This document shows, piece after piece, positions 1 to 11,330 of a stretch of DNA of 64,000 nt. Origin of the DNA: Callorhinchus milii (Eukaryota). Each line of letters opens with the position of its first letter. Position 1 is the first letter of the stretch. The notes beneath the pieces were generated by a model. It was given only the letters and a program-made list of their open reading frames with translations. It made no database searches and was not told where the DNA came from. The position numbers were made by a program, and so were the translations under genes. The stretch covers positions 135,906,001 through 135,970,000 of the forward strand of contig NW_024704742.1 in assembly GCF_018977255.1 (NCBI RefSeq). Reading direction: 5' to 3'.

Positions 1-559
1 TCAAAACCCCTCATAATTTTGAACATCTCTATAAAATTTCCCCTCAACCTTCCCTAAGAGAATAATACCAGCTTCTCTAATCTCACGTCTAGGGATCTAT
101 CCCGAATGTTGGCAGTGTTACACATTAGGACTTTTATCCGAGTTTTCAGCTTTTTTTCCCTCGATCGGTCTGGATGCAGAAAGATCTGATCTCATCCCTC
201 CAACTCGTCTGCTCTACTGTTCCTCCCCATTCCACCACAGCATTGAGCTGCTTATTAAAATTATACCCAGTGTCCTGGCCTCCACCATCTGTCCTGAACC
301 AGTCATTAACAACCCTCTGGGTAAAGAAAGACTTCCAGGTGTCAGTCTGGAAAGTCCAGGCTGCAGATTGCGAGCTGGATTAATAATCATCCTTGCTTTT
401 GATAGGGCACCTTATCAAGCCTTCAACACGTCTCAAAGCGTTTCACAGAATATACTGTAAAGTGAATTGACTATGTATTTTTGTGGGCGAAACACAGTAG
501 ACAATTGCACACAGCAGTCCCACAAAGAGTCGTGGATTGAGTGACTACATTTTTATTTC

Positions 560-879
560 TAATAATAATAATCCTTGCATTAGATATAGCGCTTTTCACG
601 TCGGGAGGACATCCCAAAGCGCTTCACAGAACACACTGTAAAGTGAATTGACTGTACATTTGTGGGCGAACGCGGCAGCCAATTGCGCACAGCAATGTCC
701 CACAAACAGTCGTAGATTGAAAATGACCAATTTATTATTGTTTTGTTTTGGAGGGATTATTATTAGGCTCTGTGTGGAGTAAGGAAACTTGCCCAAGGTT
801 TCACCCTCTGCCTGGAATTGAACCCAGGTCTCTCACTTGTAAAGCGAGTGCTCTAACCACTGAGCTACAGGACTCCACA
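560..879 (-). mobile_element. Young full-length tRNA-derived SINE (short subtype), nested inside an older copy spanning about 382-1008
   Basis: A-box TAGCTCAGTGG, B-box GGTTCAATTCC, L2-like 3' hairpin and (ATT)n tail; nearly identical to copies at 34655 and 51384. The older SINE's tail (382-550) and head (880-1008) flank it in register. Confidence 0.9.
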
Positions 880-1280
880 AGACTCCTAGAAGGGATTATT
901 AACTCAATCGACTAACGACTTTACTTACTGCTGGGTAAACAGAGGTGTGGAGTAAGGAAACTTGCCTGAGGTGTTGAGGGCTCTAACCAATACTCTACGG
1001 AATTCCAATGCGGTTGGGGAATGGAGATTGGGGTTGTGGTGGGGTTTAGTGTGGCGTTTGGGGAGAGTTAGGGTATAGGATGGAGTTGGGGTTGAGCATG
1101 TGATGGGGGTTGGGGTAGGTGTTGGGGATGGGGGTTGGGGTGAGAGCTATAGAGTATTGTGGGCTGTGTTATCAAGTCTAGGTGTCGTACTAATCAATAT
1201 GCGTAGAAATCTGTTCCACATACATACATGTGACTTTCCTCTCGCCCACCCCTGTCCCCACCACCCCAGCAGAGCTGTAC

Positions 1281-1376
1281 CTGACAAGGCCCTGGTGGTG
1301 GCACTCTCGTACAGCGGAACTCCCTCCCCAGCGTTGTTTAAGGCCTTCAGGGAAATGACATAGTGGGAGCTGGGTT
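1281..1376 (-). CDS. DCC: DCC coding exon 16 (96 nt, end of FNIII-4)
   Basis: tgcag|AA CCC AGC ... TCA G|gtacag; [32 protein letters not shown]. Confidence 0.95.
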
Positions 1377-1940
1377 CTGCAAGAGAAAGAAAGGTCATTG
1401 TTACCCTCTGAGTTTACCAGCAGTCAGACATTGAGGGTGATGTTCTCTGAGCATAAAACCCACACGATTTTCCAGACGGGTTATGACATACCACAATTTC
1501 TCAACCCTCCTCAAACCCCTTCCGACAATAGCTTTGTGAAGAGCCCCAAATTCTTTTATCTTTATCTTTTAAAGAGCCCCAAATTCACCGCTGATTATAG
1601 GAACTACGCTTGTTTTAAATGGCACACATACACCCGCATTCAATTTGTGGATCGAATTGATTAATAGTTGTAATCAATGTATTGTTGTTATTGTTATCAT
1701 TGTTTTTATTATTATTATTATATAACAATAATAATACTTGCAGTTGATATAGCATCCTGTAGCTCAGTGGTTAGAGCAATTGCCTCGCAAGTGAGGGACC
1801 TGGGTTCAATTCCTGTCAGGGCAAAACCTTAGGCAAGTTTCCTCCACACGCCTGACAATAAAGCGCTTCACAGAATTGACTGTGTATATTGTGGGTAGAA
1901 ATTATCATTGATATTATTATTGTTGTAATTATTGTTATTG

Positions 1941-2176
1941 TCATAGAATCATAGAATCACACAGCACAGAAGGAGGCCATTCGGCCCATCGTGCCTGTGC
2001 CGGCTCTTTGAAAAGAGCTATCCAAATCAATCCCACTCCCCCCGCGCTCTCCCCATAGCCCTGCAAACTTGTCCTCCCCAAATAATTATCTACTTCTGTC
2101 TTGAAAGTTATTATCGAATCAGCTTCCACCATCCTTTCAAGCAATGCGTTCCAGATCCCAACAACTCGCTGTGTGA
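1941..2176 (-). mobile_element. CR1 LINE 3' end
   Basis: TQRVVGIWNALLERMVEADSIITFKTEVDNYL; GATGGGCCGAATGGCCTCCTTCTG and (ATTCTATG)n tail. Confidence 0.9.
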
Positions 2177-2177
2177 G

Positions 2178-2208
<31 letters not shown>

Positions 2209-2271
2209 GATTCCATTTATTGAGCGCCTTTCACGTCGGGAGGACGTCCCAAGGCGCTGAAACCGATGTAC

Positions 2272-2466
2272 CTAGGTTTTCGATGGAGAAGTAGCGCTGT
2301 TTGCTGTCCACCCTCACAGTCTCGGCATAGGGGCTCCCCACCCCATAGCCGATGATGTACCCCCTCACGGCGATGTTGGGGTTCAGAGGTGGAGTCCAGC
2401 TCATCACAATGCTGGTGGTGAGTGGTCTAACATGTAGGGAGCTTGGCTGGTCTGGAACCTGAGATT
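2272..2466 (-). CDS. DCC: DCC coding exon 15 (195 nt, FNIII-4)
   Basis: ggcag|AA TCT CAG ... CTA G|gtacat; manual translation [65 protein letters not shown]. Confidence 0.96.
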
Positions 2467-3624
2467 CTGCCGGTCGGACAGAGAGGGAGAGAGAGAGAGA
2501 GAGAGAGAGGGACGTGAAAAAATAATAAATGTTAATAATAATTAATTAACAGTAGTAATTCTTGTTCACAGTTCATGTAGCGCCTTATCAATTCTTCGGG
2601 ACATTCTCAAAGCGCTCCACAGAATATACTGTAAAGTGTAGTGACTGTGTGTTTTATGGGTGAAACACGGCAGCCAATTGCGAACAGTTGCGTCCCACAA
2701 ACAGTCACGGATTGAGTGATTGATTAGTTTATAAATGTTAAATTGGAATTGATGTATAGAACAGCCATGATCTGACAGAATAGTAAAACAGACTCAAGGG
2801 GCTGAATGGCCTATTCCTGTTCCTATAAATGTCTCACCACTTAAACAGGTCCACGCTTTTGCTTTTATTTTTATTCTATTATAATAACAAAAAAAATCTG
2901 TTTTCACTCACTTGTGTGTATCTCAGATCTTCTACGTCTCTGAGATTCAATTCACCCTTTCCATCCCTGAACTCGTTGGGTTCTCTGTCCTACTGGTTTG
3001 GTGTCAAATTATTGTCACAGCCTGTAAACCTACACTTTTCGACTACACCTAATGACCCCTTTCGCACCCCACTCCCCTCCCCTAGTCCAACTCTGGCCTA
3101 GTAAATCGCTCCCAGACCCTATTTAAATGCAAGTCCTTGTTGTTCTGGGTTTACTTTCTCAATCCTATTCAGCCTCATCTTATCTCTGAGATACATTACA
3201 AATTTACATTTATATAGCGTCTTTCACGTCGGGAGGATGTCCCAAGGCGTTCAACAATAGTGGCTTGGCATTCAAGCTGACGATCAGAGCTGGGGGGCGG
3301 GATGAGGTGGTGGCATTGCAGTGAGTCAATTGGTTATTGTGTTCATCCACAAAATACAGTCACTCCACTTTACAGAGGCGTTGAGACGTAATAGGCGCTA
3401 TATACGCAGGGTTTATTATACAAAAGTCAACCAGATCCATACACAGTCCACACTCCAGGTGAGGTCTGAAGAGCGCACTGTGCAGTTAGCGTGACTTCTG
3501 TTGCAACCAAGAAACAGGGTCTCTGGCCCATGAAGTTGGCAGTGCAGGTTTACAACCTTCCCGATCGGACTGTTTACCGACCGTTATCCCTGTGGAACCC
3601 TTCACACAACATGAAAACCTCTAT

Positions 3625-3935
3625 CAGGCCAGAATGGTAAAACCAGAGGACACGGCCTACGATTAAAGTGGGATAAATTCAGAACGAATCTACGCAAACA
3701 CTACTTCAGCGAACGAATAGTGAACCTGTGGAACAGGCTCCCCAGGGGAACAGTTGAAGCAGGAAATGTTGATTCTTTCAAATACAGATTAAATAACTTT
3801 CTTTTGGGAAATAACCTTATGGGATACAGTACATAGGTAGTTCGGGTATATGTGCATGAGACCGCCAGGAAGGTGGAAGGCGAACTAAATGGACCTTGGT
3901 CTTTTTTCGTCTAGCATTTCTTATGTTCTTATGCT
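3625..3935 (+). mobile_element. CR1 LINE 3' end (second family)
   Basis: Manual translation TRGHGLRLKWDKFRTNLRKHYFSERIVNLWNRLPRGTVEAGNVDSFK; TTCTTATG repeat tail. Confidence 0.85.
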
Positions 3936-4102
3936 ACTCAGCTGCAGGGAGAAAACCTTCTCCAAATTGCCCCCTCAATCCTCGATCACATCCTTACAGA
4001 GTTTGTGTGCTAAATTGGCTGCTCCGTTCACCTACAAAATACACACTTCACCTACAAAATCTCAACATCTTATCTGATATAACAAAGTACATAAGGACTT
4101 AC

Positions 4103-4213
4103 CGTCCAGGTCATTTTCAGGTGTTTCGACCGTGCGCCACTCAGACAGTGGGCCTGTCCCGTTCACTGTCATAGCGGCAACTTGAAAACTGTAGTGTCCG
4201 CCTTTGTCCAGAC
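4103..4213 (-). CDS. DCC: DCC coding exon 14 (111 nt, end of FNIII-3)
   Basis: gacag|GT CTG GAC ... GAC G|gtaagt; manual translation [37 protein letters not shown]. Confidence 0.95.
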
Positions 4214-4515
4214 CTGTCAACCAAATTCCAGCCGTTGGTCAGAACAGGTAGAGGGTATTGAGTGGAATCTGTCTCCGTCACTATCTTACCCGCAATACAG
4301 CCCAAACCCTTATCCTGACATTCGGCCACGCCATACATTGCCCTTCATGCAGGTCAGTGTCTCGGATCCAGGGGTGGGTCAGGCACTGACTGCGGGGGGA
4401 GGGGACTGATCATAAGTGTGGTTGAAGAGGTGGGATTTAAAGATGGATAAAGAGTGGGGGGGGGGAAATGCAAGGTGGAGGGATTAAGGCAGGTATTCCA
4501 GAGGTGAGGAAGCAT

Positions 4516-5310
4516 ACAACACAACAACAACAACAAGATTCCATTTATAGAGCGTCTTTCACATCGGGAGGACGTTCCAAAGCACTGCACAGTTTGGTCA
4601 GGACCCGAGCAGGGGGGAAATGGTCAAGGGGAGGGGAGGGAAGGGAGGGAGCGAGGAGGGGGTAGAGAGTTGAGAGGGGAGCTGAAGGCACGCTCAAAGG
4701 GAAAGGTCTTGAGACCGACCTTGAAGGAGGAAAGGGAGGAAGCAAGGCGAAGGCACTGGGGGATGGAGTTCCAGAGCCTCGGGGCTGAGAGGCTGAAGGC
4801 CCGACCACCGATGGTAGGGCGGTTGGGGCGGGGGATGTGGAGCAGACCGGAGCCAGAGGAACGGAGGGTACGGGCAGGTAAGTAGGAGGATAGTAGGTCA
4901 GAGAGGTAGGAGGGAGCGAGGCCGTGAATGGACCTGTAGGTGAAGATGAGGATCTTGAATTCGATCTTCTGGGGGATGGGGAGCCAGTGGAGGCGAGCGA
5001 GGGTGGGAGTGATGTGGTCCCGAAGCCTGGTGCGGGACAGTAAACGAGCTGCAGAGTTCTGAATGACCTGCAGCTTGTGGAGGGAGGTGCCAGGAAGGTC
5101 GTGGAGTTTAGGATAGAGGAGGAAAGGTAGAGTTGGGTGTCATCCGCATATATGTGGAAGTTAACCCCATGTCTGCGGATGATGTCACCACAGGGGGAGC
5201 ATATAGAGGGTGAAGAGGAGGGGACCGAGGACAGAGCCCTGAGGGACACCGCACGAGCCAGTGCGGGGGCTGGAGGAAAAGCCGTTTGTGGTGGAAATGT
5301 CCATAGACCG
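4516..5310 (-). mobile_element. L2-clade LINE 3' fragment with RT YADD motif and an internal deletion at about 5097
   Basis: CGVPQGSVLGPLLF / [20 protein letters not shown] joined out of frame to LPGTSLHKLQVIQNSAARLL...ARLHWLP; 3' hairpin and (TTG)n tail. Confidence 0.9.
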
Positions 5311-6163
5311 CCTGCTCTCCGGCACCAGGCTCCGCAAGCACATCGACACATGACATTTTCCTTTAACACGTCACTGGTTGCCAGTGCAGCAGTCAGGTTC
5401 TGGGCTCTCAACCAGTCAACCCCAACAGTCTCCTCCAAACCTCCCAGTGACGGCCATCTCGGGCACGAGGCTGGGGCAACCGGGTTAGGAAAATTTGGGT
5501 TTCCAGTGTTTGTTAAAGCATTTCCTTGTGATAATTAACCCAAGAGGCATAGTTTGTAGCATTTTCGAATGCATTTCCTGTGCTACTTATCACACAGAGT
5601 AAAGCATGTGGATTCTTGGCACCCATAGCTCTGGAAATTTCAATGCTTGACTCACCCGCTCCTGAATAGGCAGTCGTGAGCTCGGGATAATCTCATCCGA
5701 AAGACGGCATAACAATGTAGCCATCGGCGGCCGTGCCTTCAGCCACTACGCCCCGGAACTTTGGAACTCCCTCCCTTAACCCCTTCGCCTCGCGCCCTGT
5801 TTCTCCATCTTCAGGTCACGCCTGAAGACTTTCCCCTTTGACCGCGCCTACGGTCACCTTCCCCCTCTCCCTGGCTGGGCCACTGTTAAGCGCTCTGAGA
5901 CACCGTCCAGCATGGAGGGTGCTATATAAATACAAGTTGTTGTTGGTGTAGTAGTCTACCAGCACTGCACTGGAGTGCCAGCAGACAGGAGGAGGTCTAA
6001 GTCCCAATATGGGGCTTGGGACGCACATCGGGACTTCCTCCCGACGTGAAGGGCACCGTACAAATGTAATTTGTTGTTGTTATTTGTGAACCCACAGTTT
6101 TCTGCCACCGAATGTATACACCCACGTGCACATCATGCACTCCACAGATAGGATGAAACTTAC

Positions 6164-6305
6164 CTGTGAAGAGGTACCAGAGGTTATTGGGCTCCAGGGT
6201 TTCCAAGTCGCCTCTGCGGCCAATCTTTCTGTGCCGGATCTTGTAGCCGGTGATGAAGCCATTCTGCTGGTTGGGAGGTGGTGACAGCCAGCTGACCTTA
6301 ATACT
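6164..6305 (-). CDS. DCC: DCC coding exon 13 (142 nt, FNIII-3)
   Basis: tgcag|AGT ATT AAG ... ACA G|gtaagt; [47 protein letters not shown]. Confidence 0.96.
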
Positions 6306-6487
6306 CTGCAAGACAAAAAGATGTTTGGCTACTACTTTTCCGTTGATCTCCACCGGAACAAGAGGAACGATCGGATCAAGGTTGTCAGTCTCTCCTTTGC
6401 CACCAGGTCAGAAGGTTATGGGTTCAAGCCGCCCACATCAGAGCTCAAGGCCCAGACTATACTTTACAACAGCAACTTGCATTTGTA

Positions 6488-6930
6488 TAATAATAATAAT
6501 AGTCCTTGCATTTGATACAGCGCCTTATCATTTCGTTGAGACGTCTCAAAGCGCTTCACAGAAAATACTGTAAAGTGAATTGACTGTGTCTTTTGCGGGC
6601 GCAACACAGCAGCCGATTGCACACAGCAGTGTCCCTCAGTCACGGATTGAGTGACCCATGACTTTTTTTGAAGGAATTATTACTCCCAGAAAGTGATCCG
6701 TCAATTGACTAGCAACCGGGTTCCTACTTACTGCTAGGTCAACAGAGGCATGTGGAGTGGAGTGAGGAAATTTGCCTCTGAGCACTCTGAGACTCTGTCT
6801 GGCGTGGAGGGCGCTATATAAATCCAAGTTGTTGTTGTTGTTGTTGCCTAAGGTTTCTCCCTGGCCGGGAATTGAAGCTGGGTCCTCTCGCTTGCGAGGT
6901 GAGCACGCTAACTACTGTGCTACAGGACGC
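6488..6930 (-). mobile_element. tRNA-derived SINE, long subtype, interrupted by a short plus-strand LINE 3' tail at 6778-6846
   Basis: Tail, central domain and tRNA head are all present; the inserted fragment ends in (GTT)n. Confidence 0.85.
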
Positions 6931-7174
6931 TGTAATCACAGGGCATGAAGGGATTTATAGATAAGGCTGAGGAATCAATCCACTGGAAGACAGTGAGCCT
7001 GGCGAGGACTGAGGTACGGCATTGAGCTGTTGTAAAATCCCACACGGCATTCTAGCAAGATGTGAATGTTGTGTGTAGGTTGTGTGTGTAGAAAAACGTA
7101 CACACACACAATGTACACACACTTAGATAACATGCACACACACACAATATACACACGCGTAGATAACATGCACA

Positions 7175-8058
7175 CAACAACCACAACTTGGATTTATATA
7201 TATTATAATATATATGTATATATTATATCTCCACGTGAGAATGTGGGTGGCAGAGTTTGAATGACTTGGATTTTATGGATGGTAGTGGATGGGAGACCGG
7301 CGAGGAGGGAGTTAGAGTAGTCCAGCTAAGAGGTGACAAAGGCATGGATCAGAGTTTCAGAGGCTTTTGGAGAGAGGCATTGGCGGAGATGGGCAATGCG
7401 TCTGAGGTGGTAGAAGGCGGTGCTGGTGAGGGACTGGATGTGGGGGAAGGAAGGACAATTGGGGGTCGAATCTGACACCAAGGTTGCGTACGGGTTCAGA
7501 GAGTTTTAGGGGGAGTCGGGTAGGTGGAGGAGGTGAGAACCATGGGATTTTAGATGTTGACGGGAGCCAAACAGTATGGCTTCCGTCTTGTCAACATTCA
7601 GTTGAAGGAGGTTTGCGCTCATCCAGCCCCTGAGATCTGACAGGCAGAACATCAGGGGACTGGGGGTCTCAAAGAGAGTTGGAAAAATAGAGTTGGGTGT
7701 CATCCGCATACATGTGGAAATGTACCCCATGTACCTCAAGGATGACATCCCCAAGAGGGAGCATGTAGATCAGAAAGAAGAGGGGGCCAACCCGCAGGTG
7801 ACCGGGTGAGAGCGGGAGGAGAAGCCGCTTGTGCAGATGTACTGCTGGCGGTTTGTGAGGTAGGACTCGAACCAGGCGAGTGCGGTCCCACTGAGGTGGA
7901 TGACAGAGGAAAGGCGGTGGAGGAGGATGGCGTGGTCGACTGTGTCGAACGCCGCAGAGATGTCCAGGAGGACAAGGAAGCAGAGGGAGCCCTGGTCACA
8001 GATAGAGAGGATGTCGTCTGTGACTTTCACAAGCGCAGTCTCTGTACTGTGGGCAGGA
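7175..8058 (-). mobile_element. Degenerate L2 LINE reverse-transcriptase fragment
   Basis: HSTETALVKVTDD...[15 protein letters not shown]...[14 protein letters not shown], then frameshifted YADD and WMSANLLQLNVDKTE. Confidence 0.9.
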
Positions 8059-9469
8059 CACAACACGCGCATACACAGAGATAAAGATATCAACCCCATA
8101 TCAACCTGTCCACACCCTCACACACACACAATATACACACACGTAGATAACATGCACACACACACACATACACACACAACATATTATTGTTAGTTTATGG
8201 GATACTAATATATATATATATTTGTGAGACTGCAGTTCAAATTGGCTGCTGTGTTTTGCCCACAAAATGTCAATTCACTTTGCAATATATTCTGTAAAGC
8301 AATCTGAGTCATCTCAACAGCACGATTATTACATATATACACACAAAACATACACACACAGCATACCTACACACAGACAATACACACGAGGCACAATCAC
8401 AAGATACACACACAGACACACACACACACCAATGCACACAATATACACACAAACACAACAGACATACACACACGCATACACATAGCTAAAGATATCAACG
8501 CCATATCAACCTGTCCACGCCCTCAGCTCATCAGGCTGTAGCCTGCTCCATGTCCCCTGACCAGCTCACCCCGCCATTGGCGGACTTCGGCTCCACTCTT
8601 TGGAACGCCATTCCATAATCTCTGCCTCGCCCCCTCCCTCGCCTCCTTCAATGCCCAACTCAAGACCCTCCTCTCCGCCTGTACCTTTGGCCATCATCCT
8701 ACCCCCATCCTCCTGGCCTCCACCCTTCTAGATCCTAACCCCCTGCTCAGGTCTAAATCCCTGACTGTCCATTGCCTTGGGATGTCCTCCAGGCACAGTC
8801 AATTCACTGTGTAAATGTAATTTTGGATTGCAGTGTAAAGATACGGGCCAAAAGGAAATTCCACTTTCTGTCAATGTGGGAAATTCTGACTGTGATTTGC
8901 TAAAGAGGCAGTTGTGGAGGCCTGCGGTAAGTCCTGGGTTCCCAGCAACTAATTGCAGCGACTAACAGCTGTAATTATAGCCAGCGAAGCAGAGCTTCGA
9001 TACATCACAGACAATTACGCAGATCTCAGGTAGAGCAGGCTGAGAGGCCAGACTCTCTTTGTCCTTTCCCCTTTGAGTACATGCCTCTGTCGGGCCCAAA
9101 TAATGACGGTCCTTTGATAATCAAGGCTCCCGGGCTTTCTGCTCCATCGTGGGAGGGTCTATTAGCATTTCCATCGCGGAGATGAGAACTCCACAAAAGC
9201 GAGTGCTTACACCTCAGTGTCTCCTCATTAACATGACAATAGGGCGAGATCGAGCACAGCCAAAAGTGAGCATTCACCTCACATGGATGATTTGACCCTA
9301 ATTTCTCTCTCTCCCTCTCTCTCCCGCGTGCCTCCCCCTCCCTCCACACTTATTGAGTAACTCCTTTCAGCTGAGCACATCACCGAGGTAACCTCCCCCC
9401 CCCCACACACACAAAATGTTTTACTTACAATAATAATCCTTGCATTTGATATAGCGCCTTATCATCAAG

Positions 9470-10186
9470 ACCCTTACCCTCAATGTCCTTTCTCCCCCAT
9501 ATCCGTGCCATGACCCGCTCTGCCTTCCCTCACCTCCGCAACATTGCCCGACTCCGCCATTGCCTCAGCCCTCAGGCTGCCGAAACCCTCATACACCCAT
9601 TTGTCACCTAAAGGCTCGATTACAAAAGCTCCCTCCTTGTCAGTCTCCCCAACTCTTCCCTCCACAAGCTGCAGATCATCCAGAACTCTGCAGCTCGTGT
9701 CCTCTCCCGCACCAGGCTCAGTGACCCCATCATCCTCGCCCGGCTCCACTGCCTCCCCATCCCTCAGAGATTATAATCCAACATCCTCGTCCTCGCGTTC
9801 AAGACCCGCTCCTTCCTCTCTGTCCTGCTGACCCCCCCAGCAACCTGTCCACTCCCTCCGCTCAGCAGGCTCCGGGCTGCTCCATGTCTCCCGCCCGATC
9901 TTCCCTACCACCAGCGGCCGGGCTTTCAGCCTCTCTGCCCCCACCCTTTGGAATTCCATCCCACAATCCCTTCACCTTGCTCCCTTTCTTGCCTCCTTCG
10001 AGGCACGACTCAAGACCCTCCTTTTTGACCTTGCCTTCAGCCACCCTCTACCTCTCTGCCCTCCCTCATCCCAACCCTGCCCCCATCCTCAGGTCCTGAT
10101 CCCTGCCTGTTCAGCGCCTTGGGATGTCCTCTCGACCGAAAGGCGCTTTACAAATATAATGTTGTGGTTGTTGTTGTTGTTGTTGT
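9470..10186 (+). mobile_element. L2 LINE 3' fragment
   Basis: CTCCACAAGCTGCAGATCATCCAGAACTCTGCAGC (LHKLQIIQNSAA), 3' UTR, hairpin, (GTT)n tail. Confidence 0.85.
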
Positions 10187-10221
10187 TCACAAATGTAATT
10201 TTGGTGATTTTGTTCTTGTTG

Positions 10222-10560
10222 TTATCATGTCTTTGAAATGCCTCAAAGCGCTTCACAGAATATATTGTAAAGTTTAGTGACTGTGTATTTTGTGGGTGAA
10301 ACGTGGCAGTCAATTACACACAGCAGCGTCCCACAAACAGCCGTGGATTGAATGACCAAATTATTATTAGTAGTTTTTGGAAGGAATATTACACTCGGAA
10401 AGCAATCCACTAATCGACTAATAATCGGGTTCCTACTTACTGCTAATTAAACAGGTATGTGGAGTAAAGAAATTTGCCTAAAGGTTTCGCCTCATCTGGA
10501 ATTGAACCCAGATCCTCTCGCTTACGAGGCGAATGCTCTGACAGTTACGCTGCGGGATTT
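10222..10560 (-). mobile_element. tRNA-derived SINE, long subtype
   Basis: Same head, central domain and tail blocks as the other copies, diverged. Confidence 0.8.
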
Positions 10561-10639
10561 GCCTAGTTTTAGTCTTGAGGCCATTTTGCTCAATGTTTAA
10601 GAACGTGCGGAAAAATTCTTACATAATAATATATAATAA

Positions 10640-10995
10640 TAATCTTTACATTTGGTGTAGCACCTTTCACGTCAGGAGGAGGTCCCAAAGCGCTTCACAT
10701 GATATACTGTGTAGTGACTGTGTGTTTTGTCGGCCAACATGGTGGGGCTGTCATGTTGCTCACAGCAGCGTCCCCACAAACAAGCCATGAAAGTGAATGA
10801 CTGATTTATTTGGGAGATTGTTGGCCAGGACACCAGGAGAGAGAAACTCCCTTCTCTTTTCGAACAATGCTTAACTTCCACCTGAACTGGGGCCTCGGTT
10901 TAAGGTCTCGTAAGCTTAGACTATATAATGTGGAACTTCAACCCATGAACTTCTGACTGAGAAACGAGAGTGCTACCGAACTGAGCCAGGCTTGA
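10640..10995 (-). mobile_element. Older Deu-domain SINE, internally deleted
   Basis: TTGGCCAGGACACCAGGAGA, GGGGCCTCGGTTTAA, TTCTGACTGAGAAACGAGAGTGCTACC. Confidence 0.65.
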
Positions 10996-11169
10996 ATCTG
11001 GTCTTAATTTTGACGTCCGCTTTTCCAATTTCCTAAATGAAAACCAGCTTCTGAATTACGACTACATTTAAGAATGTTTCCACAGGTCTAAGTAATAGCA
11101 AATTCAAGGCTTAGTCACAGACCGCATACTCCTACCAAAGTAAATTACTTCCCATTCCCTAGATTAAAC

Positions 11170-11330
11170 CTCACCTGCCACCTGTCCGCCCATTCTATGT
11201 ATCCCTTCCTATTCACTATTTACCAAACTCCCAAGTTTGGTGTTATCTGAAAAGTTTAGACACTATATCTCCTATATCTGATTCCAAGGCATTTCTGAAC
11301 ATAGTGACCAGTAGCAGCCTCAGGAAGATA
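11170..11330 (-). mobile_element. Degenerate CR1 RT fragment
   Basis: LLVTMFRNALESDIGDIVSK followed by a decayed FADDTKL motif. Confidence 0.55.

Noticed and set aside
1..1280. DCC exon 17
   Set aside because: No FN4-FN5 linker or FN5 peptide seen; the region is mostly SINE, CR1 and low-complexity DNA, so the exon must lie left of the window.
4545..5438. 297-aa ORF as a functional reverse transcriptase
   Set aside because: Only a short stretch around YADD is in the RT frame; it is frameshifted, internally deleted and 5'-truncated.
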